DNA of 64,000 nucleotides from Octopus sinensis (lineage: Eukaryota). The notes beneath the pieces were generated by a model, which did not search any database, had not been told where the DNA came from, and worked only from the letters and a program-made list of their open reading frames with translations. Every line of letters begins with the position of its first letter. Within the stretch, counting starts at the first letter, position 1. A program made the translations under genes and the position numbers. Below, piece after piece: positions 1-10,077 of this stretch. The stretch is from positions 28,892,001 through 28,956,000 of the forward strand of contig NC_043001.1 of NCBI RefSeq assembly GCF_006345805.1, given 5' to 3'.

Positions 1-2
1 GC

Positions 3-785
3 TCGATCTGTAGAAAAGGTGTAGGTAGAAACTCTATAAGATGCACCAAGTGTAAGCTATGGACACATAAGAGGTGCAGCAATGTCAAAGGAAGGCTAAC
101 TAGGAAGATGGTTTTTGTATGTGGCAGATGCTCAGGAACAATTAACACTGAAGATGCTCTGAGACCAACTTCCGTCACTTTCCAGGGAGAAAAGCTAGAA
201 GTAGTTGATAGTTTCCGTTACCTAGGTGACCAAGTCAGTAGCGGGGGCGGGTGCGCTGAGAGTATAACTGCTAGAGTAAGAATAGCCTGGGCAAAGTTTA
301 GAGAGCTCTTACCTCTGCTGGTGACAAAAGGCCTCTCGCTCAAAGTAAAAGGCAGACTGTATGATGCATGTGTACGTACAGCCATGCTACATGGTAGTGA
401 AACTTGGGCTGTGACTGCTGAGGATTTGCGTAAGCTCGCAAGAAATGAAGCTAGTATGCTCCGATGGATGTGTAACGTCAGTGTTCATAATCGACAGAGT
501 GTAAGTACCTTGAGAGAAAAGTTGAACCTAAGAAGTATCAGTTGTTGTGTGCAAGAGAGACGTATGCGCTGGTATGGTCATGTGATGAGAATGGCTGAAG
601 ATAGTTGTGTGCGAAAGTGCCACACCCTGGCAGTTGAGGGGACCTGTGGAAGAGGTAGACCCAGGAAAACCTGGGTCGAGGCGGTGAAGCACGACCTTCG
701 AACTTTAGGTCTCACCAAGGAAATGACCAGTGACCGAGACCTTTGGAGGTATGCTGTGCGTGAGAAAACCCGGCAAGACCAGTGA
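3..785 (+). CDS. Partial RTE ORF (PHD-type finger plus RT C-terminal region), 5' incomplete
   Basis: Frame is open from base 3 (SICRKGVGRNSIRCTKCKLWTHKRC...) through ORF 108..785 to TGA 783-785 with no stop. Confidence 0.88.
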   Translation, partial: SICRKGVGRNSIRCTKCKLWTHKRCSNVKGRLTRKMVFVCGRCSGTINTEDALRPTSVTFQGEKLEVVDSFRYLGDQVSSGGGCAESITARVRIAWAKFRELLPLLVTKGLSLKVKGRLYDACVRTAMLHGSETWAVTAEDLRKLARNEASMLRWMCNVSVHNRQSVSTLREKLNLRSISCCVQERRMRWYGHVMRMAEDSCVRKCHTLAVEGTCGRGRPRKTWVEAVKHDLRTLGLTKEMTSDRDLWRYAVREKTRQDQ

Positions 786-835
786 GAACAGTCAAAATCA
801 AGATCAAACCAAATTGAGGTCGATCAACATCAGGG

Positions 836-1545
836 CCCCCGTGCAGGTGACACGTAAAAGTACCATCCGTTCGTAGCCGTTCGCCAGCCCTGTCTGGCCC
901 CCGTGTAGGTGGCACGTAAAAGCACCATCCGTTCGTGTTCGTTGCCAGCCTGGCCTGGCCCCCGTGCCGGTGACACGTAAAAGTACCATCCGTTTGTGGC
1001 CGTTTGCCAGCTCTGTCTGGCCCCCGTGCCGGTGACACGTAAAAGCACCATCCGTTCGTGGCCGTTTGCCAGCTCTGTCTGGCCCCCGTGCCGGTGACAC
1101 GTAAAAGCACCATCCGTTCGTGGCCGTTTGCCAGCCCTGTCTGGCCCCCATGTCGGTGACATGTAAAAGCACCATCCGTTCGTGTCCGTTGCCAGCCTCG
1201 CCTGGCCCCCGTGCCGGTGACATGTAAAAGCACCATCCGTTCGTGGCCGTTTGCCAGCCCTGTCTGGCCCCCATGTCGGTGGCATGTAAAAGCACCATCC
1301 GTTCGTGCCCGTTGCCAGCCACGCCTGGCCCCCATGCCGGTGACACGTAAAAGCACCATCCGTTTCGTGGCCGTTTGCCAGCTGTCTGGCCCCCGTGTTG
1401 GTGGCACGTAAAAGCACCATCCGTTCGTGTCCGTTGCCAGCCTCGCCTGGCCCCGTGCCGGTGACACGTAAAAGCACCATCCGTTCGTGGCCGTTTGCCA
1501 GCTCTGTCTGGCACCTGTGCAGGTGGCACGTAAAAAGCACCCACT
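836..1545 (+). repeat. Tandem array, 11 full 61-62 bp modules plus terminal core, in the RTE 3' UTR
   Basis: Core gtgNNggtgRcacgtaaaagcacc at about 841, 903, 964, 1026, 1088, 1150, 1211, 1273, 1334, 1395, 1455, 1517; two variants (A gccgtttgccagctctgtctgg, B tccgttgccagcctcgcctgg). Confidence 0.97.
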
Positions 1546-1710
1546 ACACTCAGGGAGTGGTTGGCGTTAGGAAGGGCATCCAGCCGTAGAAACACTGCCA
1601 GATCTGACTGGGCCTGATGAAGCCTTCCAGCTTCACAGACCCCAGTTGAACCGTCCAACCCATGCTAGCATGGAGAACGGACGCTAAATGATGATGATGA
1701 TGATGATGAT

Positions 1711-1877
1711 ATATACGACGGACTTCTTTCAGTTACCGTCTACCAAATCCACTCACAAGGCATTGGTCGGCCTGAGGCTATAGTAGAAGACACTTGCCCA
1801 AAGTGCCACGCAGTGGTATTGAACCTGGAACCATGTGGTTGGTATGCAAGCTACTTACCCACACAGCCACTCCTGCA
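1711..1877 (-). mobile_element. tRNA-derived SINE family A, 5' half
   Basis: Reverse complement of head gagtggctgtgtggtaag...ggttcagtcccactgcgtggcaccttgggcaagtgtc with A-box- and B-box-like motifs. Confidence 0.85.
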
Positions 1878-2149
1878 GCAATGTGGCCACTTATTCATCT
1901 TGTGGAAGATTGCTGAACCAGCAGAGTTTCTTTGAGGGTGATGCTCAATGTTATCAGTACATACACCATGAACAAAGCTAGATTTTTCAGGGTGAATCCC
2001 ACCAACTGACATGAAAACAAGATCAATCGTGCAACGGGGTTTTTTTTTTTTATCTCTGAGCATTCGTCCAAGCAACAGGTTAATGAGTGTCGAGAGACAT
2101 TATTAAGTACATGATTGCACATCAATGAAGCATAAGAAAAATAGGGATT

Positions 2150-2754
2150 AAAATAATGATGATGACGATGGCTGTGATAGTGATGATGGTGGCAGGGTGA
2201 TGATGATGATGAAGTTCGCCCCTAGTGGGTAATAATAAAACAGATGATGATGAAGATTGTGGTGGTAGTTTAGGAGGTGTTTGGTTGTGGAGGTAGCGGT
2301 GATGATGATGATGATGATGGTAGTGGTGGTGGTGATGGTGGTGGTGGTGGTAAGATGGGGTAATAGTGGTGGTGGGGTATGATAGTTGTGGTCGTGGTGG
2401 AGGGGTGTGATAGTGTGAGTAGTTGGGGGTGGTGATGATAGTAATAATAATGATGATAGTGGTGATGGTGGTGGTGGTGGTGGTGGTGTGGTGATGATGA
2501 TGACGACGATGAGGATGATGTTGATGGTAGTGGCAATGGTAGTGGTAGTGGCAGCAGTAGCAGCATCAGCAGCTGTGTTGATGTCATCCATGGCTGGAGT
2601 GGCAATGGTGGTAACGACGATGATGATGACAATGATGACGACGACAATGATGACGACGATGATGACGACGAAGATGATGATGATGATGGTGGTGGTGATG
2701 ATGATGATGACGACGACGATGACAATGATGATGATGATGACGACGACGATGACA

Positions 2755-2797
<43 letters not shown>

Positions 2798-2845
2798 CAA
2801 TGATGATGACGATGATGATGATGAGGAGGTGGATGGTGATGATAG

Positions 2846-2899
<54 letters not shown>

Positions 2900-2957
2900 C
2901 AATGATGATGACGATGATGATGATGAGGAGGTGGATGGTGATGATAGTGATGATGAC

Positions 2958-2998
<41 letters not shown>

Positions 2999-3046
2999 CA
3001 ATGATGATGACGATGATGATGATGAGGAGGTGGATGGTGATGATAG

Positions 3047-3089
<43 letters not shown>

Positions 3090-3120
3090 AGTGATGATGG
3101 TGATGACAATGACAGCAATA
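2150..3120. repeat. (GAT/GGT)n compound microsatellite with ~100-bp higher-order unit
   Basis: gaggaggtggatggtgatgatagt recurs at 2823, 2925, 3024 inside (gat)n. Confidence 0.95.
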
Positions 3121-3149
3121 AGTAAACCTTTATTTTGTGTATTTTTTTG

Positions 3150-3330
3150 TTTGATGGCTGAAGAGAAATATGAGGAGCATAAGATATCGGATGCATAACG
3201 TCTTGCTTACCTGAGCACAGACACATTAAAGCTCTGATATCTGGCAACTGACCTGGTAGACACCCACAAGATCATCCACCATCTTTCCAACAACAACCTT
3301 GGACACACCTATGTCTAACACAGGTGGACA
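3150..3330 (+). pseudogene. CR1/L2-clade LINE ORF2 C-terminal fragment (5' piece)
   Basis: Translates YLATDLVDTHKIIHHLSNNN...SNTGGH, which continues at 4829 (AYKIKK...). Confidence 0.7.
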
Positions 3331-3566
3331 TTCTTTTACTTGTTTCAGTCATTTGACTGCAGCCATGCTGGAGCATCGCCTTAAAAGGTTTTTTTGTCAA
3401 AGGAATTGACCCCAAGACTTATTTTTTAAGCTTGGTACTTATTCTATCAGACTCTTTGTCTGAACTGCTAAGTTATGGTGATGTAAACACACCAACACTG
3501 GTTGTCAGGCAGTGTTGGTGGGGACAAACACAGACACAAAGACACACACACATATATACGTGTGTG
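3331..3566 (-). mobile_element. SINE A, 3' half
   Basis: cttttacttgtttcagtcatttgactgcagccatgctggagc tail plus body up to the CA microsatellite. Confidence 0.85.
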
Positions 3567-4100
3567 TATCATCATCATCATCATCATCATCGTTTAACGT
3601 CCGTTTTCCGCGCTAGCACGGGTTGGACGGTTTCGACCGGGGTCTGGGGAGCAAGGGACTGCCCCAGGCTCCAGTCTAGTCTGGCAGAGTTTCTACAGCT
3701 GGATGCCCTTCCTAACGCCAACCACTCCGCGAGTGTAGTGGGTGTTTTTTACGTGCCACCTGCACAGGTGCCAGAGGGGTCTGGCATCGGCCACGTTTGG
3801 ATGGTGCTTTTTTTATGTGGGGGGGGTGCAGAAATATAGGGGAGCACCAGTGGGGAGGGGTGGTTCAGAGAAATGGTGACAGGTTCTAGGCAGGTAGAAC
3901 GTAGGATATCAAGAGAGGGGTAATGCATGGCGAAATAGCGTATTGAAGAGGGGGGTTCGAAGAGTAGACACCTATTATGGTGGTGGGAGAAGCGACATCC
4001 GGTATGGATGGAGCAAAAATATAGAGATATCCAGTATTGGTGGTGGGGGTGGGCAGGACGGCTGCACCGCGAATACATGATGGTTGATGAATACACGAGA
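3567..4100 (-). mobile_element. Composite non-autonomous element: RTE 3' tail plus a ~150-bp unit (same family as 56185-57120)
   Basis: (cat)n tail, one array core, then sequence matching 56190-56880 in reverse. Confidence 0.8.
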
Positions 4101-4313
4101 GGCGAGATGGGTAATGGATAAATTAGTTAAAATAATTAGATAGATATAGAAATTAGTTAAAAATAGTTAGATAGATAAGAAAGCATGTATGATTGATGGG
4201 GAAGTGAAATAATAAATAAGCATTCAACTTATCTGTTAGATGAATGAATGAATGAAAGAGCAGAAGTTTGGGGCTGCGTATATATATATATATATATATA
4301 ATATATATATATA

Positions 4314-4538
4314 TGTCAGGCGTGTGGAAGAGAATGTAATTTGGCAGGAGGACTTAAATGACATGCAAAGGTACATGAAGCCCAGTTACCGGCTATTACC
4401 AGTAAAGGTTTTAGCTGCCAATTCTGTACAAGACATTGTAGATCTTTAGCTGGGCTAAAAAATCACATTCGATCACAGCACCAATAACAGTTAAGCTTCG
4501 TGCAATGGCCATACTCAATAACGAGGGGCAGTCATCAT
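4314..4538 (+). pseudogene. BovB-like RTE LINE 3' end with two C2H2 fingers and a (CAT)n tail
   Basis: CQACGRECNLAGGLK*HAKVH...[23 protein letters not shown] (4314-4487), short UTR ending cagtcatcat; (TA)n on both sides. Confidence 0.7.
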
Positions 4539-4541
4539 ATA

Positions 4542-4588
<47 letters not shown>

Positions 4589-4623
4589 GTATATATACAT
4601 ACACACAACACACGCACACACAC

Positions 4624-4654
<31 letters not shown>

Positions 4655-4659
4655 TGTAT

Positions 4660-4820
4660 GTATACAATGGGCTTCTTTCAATTTCCACCTACCAAATCCA
4701 CTCACAAAGCTTTGGTCAGCTTGAAACTACAGTAGATTCTTGCCCAAGGTGCCATGCAGTGGCATTGAACCTGGAACCATATAGTTGAGAAGCAAGCATC
4801 TTATCACACAGCCACACCTG
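4660..4820 (-). mobile_element. SINE A, 5' half (partner of 3331-3566)
   Basis: gggcttctttca...ccaaatccactcacaaagc...cacacagccac. Confidence 0.8.
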
Positions 4821-4828
4821 TACCTAGA

Positions 4829-5174
4829 ATGCTTACAAGATAAAAAAAACAACATGGTACTCATGACTTTTGGAAACATTTTTTCACAGTCAGAATTGCT
4901 GAAGCATGGAATAAACTATCTGCATCAGTTATTAGCAGTTGAGACACTACATCCTTCAAAACTTCCATGCTTCCCAAAATTTGCCAACAGTATACCTGAT
5001 GCTCTTCACCCCCATTTCTTCTTTCTTCCCCCTTTTTTACTTCCCAAAGACTTTTACACTGTGTACCATTCACTCCCTATACATATTCCAGGTACTGTTC
5101 ATGCAGTTTTAGTTACTCTTTCTGATGAGTTGTAGTACACCTGAGCACTGTACACAATCAGTTCATTATTATAA
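4829..5174 (+). pseudogene. CR1/L2-clade LINE 3' end with (ATT)n tail
   Basis: KQHGTHDFWKHFFTVRIAEAWNKLSASVISS*DTTSFK; typical FF.R....WN.LP motif; ends cattattat. Confidence 0.8.
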
Positions 5175-5179
5175 TCCAC

Positions 5180-5402
5180 TAAGGTGGCAAGCTGGCAGAA
5201 TCATTAACACGCTGGGTGAAATGATTAGTGGTATTTCATCAGCTGTTGTGTTCTGAGTTCAAATTCCACCGAGGTCGACTTTGCCTTTCATCCTCTCAGG
5301 GTCGATAAATTAAGTACCTGTTGCATACTGGGGTTGATCTAATCAAATGACCCCCTCCCGAAAAATTTCAGGCCTTGTGCTTAGAGTAGAAAAGATTATT
5401 AT
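5180..5402 (+). mobile_element. tRNA-derived SINE family B
   Basis: ggcaagctggcagaatcattaac...gagttcaaattcc...gactttgcctttcatcct...gtcgataaattaagtacc; the central part resembles, from memory, a Meta-type SINE domain (unverified). Confidence 0.8.
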
Positions 5403-5597
5403 GATCCACTGAAAACAAATAAGAGAGAACAGATGAGCAGCTGAACATTAAAGGCAGCAGAGAATGTTTTTGTTGTTTAATTTTAGGCTATCCCTAACTG
5501 AACTGATCTACGATGGTGCAATGGTGTTCCTGCAGCAACCATTCTATTATTTCGGTTGTATCTTCTGTTACTTGTTTCAGTCATTTAAGGCATCCCC

Positions 5598-5715
5598 TTA
5601 ACCCTTTTGTTACTCTATTTATTTTGAGATGCTCTGTGTTTCTTTCAATTACTTTAAATATAACAAAGAATTTAGTAAAATAACTTAGTTATCATTCAGC
5701 TAGTGATAGGAAGGG
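5598..5715 (+). mobile_element. Possible piggyBac-type MITE end
   Basis: ttaa followed by ccctttt start; other end not found. Confidence 0.3.
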
Positions 5716-5792
5716 ATATAGTAGATACATCTAACACATATTAGACTGGGAAGGCAAAACATTAAAACAGCAATGATAGTAGATGACAACGA

Positions 5793-6777
5793 TTATGATG
5801 ATGATGATGATGATGAAGATGAAGATGATGATGATGATGAAGATGAAGATGATGATGATGATGATGAAGATGATGATGATGATGATGATGAAGATGATGA
5901 TGAGATGATGATGATGAGATGAAGATGATGATGATGAAGATGAGATGATGATGAGATGATGATGATGAAGATGAAGATGATGATGATGAAGATGAAGATG
6001 ATGATGATGATGAAGATGAAGATGATGATGATGATGATGAAGATGAAGATGATGATGATGATGAAGATGAAGATGATGATGATGATGATGATGATGAAGA
6101 TGAAGATGATGATGATGATGATGATGAAGATGAAGATGATGATGATGATGATGAAGATGAAGATGATGATGATGATGATTATGGTACTGATGGTGGTGGC
6201 AACAGTGATGATGATGATGGTGGTGATGATGATAGTGATAATGATGATGATAATGGTGATGCTGATGATAATAGAAATGGTGGTTGCATTGGTGGTGGAG
6301 ATAGTGGTGCTGGTGCTGCTATTGATGATGATGATGATGATGATCATCATCATCATCATGAAGACAATGACAACAACAGCAAAAACAATGATGATAACAA
6401 GGATGATGATGGTGGTGGGGGTGGTTATGCTGCTGCTGCTGCTGCTGCTGATTATGATGTTGATGACAATGAAGATGGTGATGGTAGTGATGGCTGCAGC
6501 ATCAATGATTATAATGACGACAGATATGGTGATGATAATAGTGATGATGATGTTTATGATAATGATGATGATGATGATGATGGTGATGGTGATGGTGGTA
6601 GTCATATGCATACTGTCGATGCTACTGATGATGATGATGATGAGAGAAATGATGTTGGTGGAAGCGCCGGAGAAAGTAGCTTAGTAACAACAACAATGGC
6701 ATCAGCAATGGTGATGATGCTGATAATGATGATGACAATGTCACCAACTATTACAATGACAGCAATGATGCTGGTAG

Positions 6778-6818
<41 letters not shown>

Positions 6819-6830
6819 ATGATGATCCAA
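5793..6830. repeat. (GAT/GAA)n microsatellite
   Basis: About 1 kb of gat/gaagat repeats decaying into ggt/gct variants. Confidence 0.95.
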
Positions 6831-6879
6831 AGGAGGCTGTGGAAGGTAATAATGATTTTCAATGAATGGATTGGAGCGA

Positions 6880-7062
6880 TCATCATCATCGTTTAACATC
6901 CGTTTTTCCATGCTGGAATGGGTTGGATAGTTTGACCAGAGCTGGAAAGCTGGGGTACTGCACCAGACTCCAGTCTGACTAGGCATGGTTTCTATGGTTG
7001 GATGCCCTTCCTAATGCCAACCACTTTACAGACTGTGCTGGGTACTTTCTATGTGGATTGGC
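6880..7062 (-). mobile_element. 5'-truncated RTE tail copy
   Basis: catcatcatcgtttaacatccgttttt...ggatgcccttcctaatgccaaccac. Confidence 0.85.
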
Positions 7063-7460
7063 ACAGGTGTGGCTGTGTGGTAAGTAGCTTGTTTACCAGC
7101 CACATGGTTCCGGGTTCAGTCCCACTGCGTGGTACCTTGGGCAAGTGTCTTCTACTATAGCCTTGGGCCGACCAAAGCCTTGTGAGTGGATTTGGTAGAC
7201 GGAAAGTGAAAGAAGCCCATTGTATATATGTATATGTATGTGTGTGTGTATGTTTGTGTGTCTGTGTTTGTCCCCCCAACATTGCTTGACAACCAATGGT
7301 GGTGTGTTTATGTCCCCGTAACTTAGCAGTTCGGCAAAAGAGACCTATAGAATAAGTACTAGGCTTATAAAGAATAAGTCCTGGGGTCGATTTGCTCGAC
7401 GAAAGGCAGTGCTCCAGCATGGCCACAGTCAAATGACTGAAACAAGTAAAAGATAAAAGG
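7063..7460 (+). mobile_element. SINE A, full length
   Basis: Head gtggctgtgtggtaagtagc, internal TA/TG repeat, tail gactgaaacaagtaaaaga. Confidence 0.9.
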
Positions 7461-7514
7461 TCCATTTTATTTGGACCAGCATGGGAACTTCTTATGTGGA
7501 CTGGCACAGGAAAC

Positions 7515-7610
7515 AAAATATTTTGCTCAAGGATTCAACATGCCACCCTTACCAGGAGTTGAACTCACAAACTTACAATCATGAGCTTAATGCTTTAACC
7601 ACTACACCCA
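7515..7610 (-). mobile_element. SINE family D head fragment
   Basis: ttgctcaagga...gaactcacaaacttacaatcatgagc...taaccact resembles 17060-17160 and 21070-21160. Confidence 0.55.
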
Positions 7611-7794
7611 CTTCTTTTACATTTCTACCACTTATCACTCCATAATTAGTCAATCAAACTGGAGAAGCATAAATATATATCTTTTTAATTTTTTATCTTT
7701 CACCTGTTTCAGTAATTGGAGCAGGTCCATGCTGGAGCAACACCTTGGAGGGTTTAGTTGAACAAATCAACTCCATATCAACAAATCAACTTCA

Positions 7795-7880
7795 TATGGC
7801 ATAATGGTAAAGAGTGTGGGTTACAAACCCCATAATTCTGAGTTTGATTCCAGGCAGTGACTTGAATAATAATAATAAAT
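7795..7880 (+). mobile_element. Very short tRNA-derived SINE with (AAT)n tail
   Basis: tggcataatggtaaagag (A-box-like), gagtttgattcc (B-box-like), aataataataat. Confidence 0.55.
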
Positions 7881-8038
7881 CAACTCCAGTTTTTATTTTT
7901 TAAAGTCTGGTGCTTATTTTATTGGTTAATTTTGTGAGCAGGCTGTTCTGTTGATTGGATCAACTGGGACCCTCATCAGTGTAACCAATAGAATGCCAGT
8001 TTAGCTTATGTATGTATATGTATAAATATATACAAATA

Positions 8039-8093
<55 letters not shown>

Positions 8094-8094
<1 letters not shown>

Positions 8095-8177
8095 ATCATC
8101 GATTAACGTCCGTTTTCCATGCTGGCATGGATTGGATGGTTTGACTGAGGTCTGGAGAGCCAGTGGCTGCACCAGGC
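8094..8177 (-). mobile_element. RTE tail copy inside (TA)n
   Basis: catcatcgattaacgtccgttttccatgc...gcaccaggc; (TA)n on both sides. Confidence 0.85.
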
Positions 8178-8180
8178 TAT

Positions 8181-8224
<44 letters not shown>

Positions 8225-8509
8225 TATATATAAATATATACACATATACATACACTCACACACATATATGTGTATGGGTGTGTGGATGTCCTCTTTCCCC
8301 ACCACTGCTTTGACAAATGGTATGGGTTAGTTTCCTTACATCCCTATAAATTAATGATTTAGCAAAAGTCACAAATAGAATAAGAGTTGGGATCAATTAG
8401 TTTGATTAAATCTTTCAAGGTAGTGCCCAAGCATGGACCCAGCCTATGAATGAAACAAGCCAAAGAAGAAGCTATAACAAAGAAGTTTAGAATGCAGAAA
8501 ATATGTTAT

Positions 8510-8725
8510 AAGATGGCAAACTGGCAGAATCGTTAGCATGCTGGGAAAAATGCTTAGAGATATTTCATCTGGTTTTATGTCCAGAGTTCAAATTCTGCTG
8601 AGGCTGACTTTGCCTTTCATCTTTCAGGGTCAATAAGTACCAGCTGAACACTGGAGTTGATGTAATTGATTTACCCATTTACCAAAACTGCTGGCATTGT
8701 GCCAAAATCTGAAACCAATATTATA
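8510..8725 (+). mobile_element. SINE B
   Basis: ggcaaactggcagaatcgttagc...gactttgcctttcatc. Confidence 0.8.
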
Positions 8726-8830
8726 AAACATTGCCCTTTTCAAGCCTAGCCAGGCTCATGGGCCCGGGTTCCCGGTTTCTGTGGCGTATGTGTTCCCCCC
8801 AGCTGGATGGGACACCAGTCCATCGCAGCG
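8726..8830 (-). mobile_element. Truncated SINE C (V-type motif) with 16-bp TSD
   Basis: ctggatgggacaccagtccatcgcag; tgaaaccaatattata duplicated at 8710-8725 and 8831-8846. Confidence 0.75.
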
Positions 8831-9003
8831 TGAAACCAATATTATACTATATTATATTATTTTATGTTATAATATATTATATTATATCGTGCTATATTAT
8901 ATTATATTATATATTATAATATATTATATCATAATATAATGTATTATATTATATCATAACACATCATAATATATAATATAATATATCATATGATATAATA
9001 TAT

Positions 9004-9193
9004 TATGACCTTCGAACGTTGGGCCTCACAGAGGCAGTGACAAAAGACCGAGATCTCTGGAGAGATGCTGTGACTGCAAAGACCCGACAAATAATGTGAG
9101 TTCATGGCTGTTTCCTGCACCAGTCTTGCATAGCCCCAGCCCATCCAAAATACCTTGGATTTCTGAATGACCTGCTGTGCTTGAGGAGACCTA
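9004..9193 (+). mobile_element. RTE subfamily 2, ORF end and UTR start (interrupted; resumes at 10078)
   Basis: DLRTLGLTEAVTKDRDLWRDAVTAKTRQIM*; UTR matches 22055-22180. Confidence 0.8.
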
Positions 9194-9199
9194 TATATA

Positions 9200-10075
9200 C
9201 ATCATCATCATCATCATCATCATTTAGCGTCCGCTTTCCATGCTAGCATGGGTTGGACGGGTCAACTGGGGTCTGTGAAGCTGGAAGGCTTCGTCAGGCC
9301 CAGTCAGATCTGGCAGTGTTTCTACGGCTGGATGCCCTTCCTAACGCCAACCACTCTGCGAGTGTAGTGGGTGTTTTTTACGTGCCACCTGCACAGGTGC
9401 CAGAAAGAGCTGGCGAACGGCCACGAAGGGATGGTGCTTTTACGTGTCACCGGCACGGGTCCAGGCAGAGCTGGCAAACGGCCACGAACGGACGGTGCTT
9501 TTACATGTCACCGGCACGGGGCCAGGCGATGCTGGCAACGGACATGAACGGATGGTGCTTTTACGTGCCACCGACACGGGGCCAGACAGAGCTGGCAAAC
9601 GGCCACGAACGGATGGTGCTTTTACGTGTCACCGGCACGGGGGCCAGCCGAGGCTGGCAATGGACGCGAATGGATGGTGCTTTTACGTGCCACCGACACG
9701 GTTGCCAGACAGAGCTGGCAAACGGCCACGAACGGACGGTGCTTTTACGTGTCACCGGCACGGGGGCCAGCCGAGGCTGGCAACGGACACGAACGGATGG
9801 TGCTTTTACGTGCCACCGACACGGGGCCAGACAGAGCTGGCAAACGGCCACGAACAGACGGTGCTTTTACGTGTCACCGACACGGGGCCAGACAGAGATG
9901 GCAAACGGCCACGAACGGACGGTGCTTTTACGTGTCACCGGCACGGGGCCAGGCGAGGCTGGCAATGAACACGAACGGATGGTGCTTTTACGTGCCACCG
10001 ACACGGGGGCCAGGCAGAGCTGGCAGACGGCCACGAGCGAATGGTGCTTTTACGTATCACCGGCACGGGTGCCAG
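9200..10075 (-). mobile_element. RTE 3' UTR copy with 11 modules plus terminal core
   Basis: (cat)n tail at 9200, then 11 copies of ggtgcttttacRt; near-identical modules to 836-1545. Confidence 0.93.
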
Positions 10076-10077
10076 AA

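Larger units (their letters stand above)
1..1710 (+). mobile_element. RTE-clade LINE, 3' part (runs off window start): ORF C-terminus, 3' UTR tandem array, (GAT)n tail
   Basis: ORF motifs VDSFRYLG, ARVRIAWAKFREL, MLHGSETW, RWYGHVMRM, GRGRPRKTW typical of the RTE post-RT region; ends ...ggacgctaaa(tga)n at 1710. Confidence 0.92.

Noticed and set aside
836-1545. CRISPR-like repeat/spacer array next to a reverse transcriptase
   Set aside because: The apparent spacers are two recurring homologous variants rather than unique sequences, there are no cas genes, and the array lies in a eukaryotic LINE 3' UTR
1614-1645. CTGATGAAG in the RTE tail as a hammerhead core
   Set aside because: The stem agcc/ggct is followed by tcac, not GAAA; no stem III or cleavage triplet; the motif is absent in other subfamilies
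712-1658. Long ORFs (236-284 aa) across the module arrays, also 9253-10279
   Set aside because: Stop-free by virtue of GC-rich tandem repeats; open in several frames and on both strands; no domain similarity
2148-3247. Poly-Met/Asp/Ser/His ORFs, also 5793-6896 and 35118-35468
   Set aside because: Translations of (GAT)n/(CAT)n microsatellites
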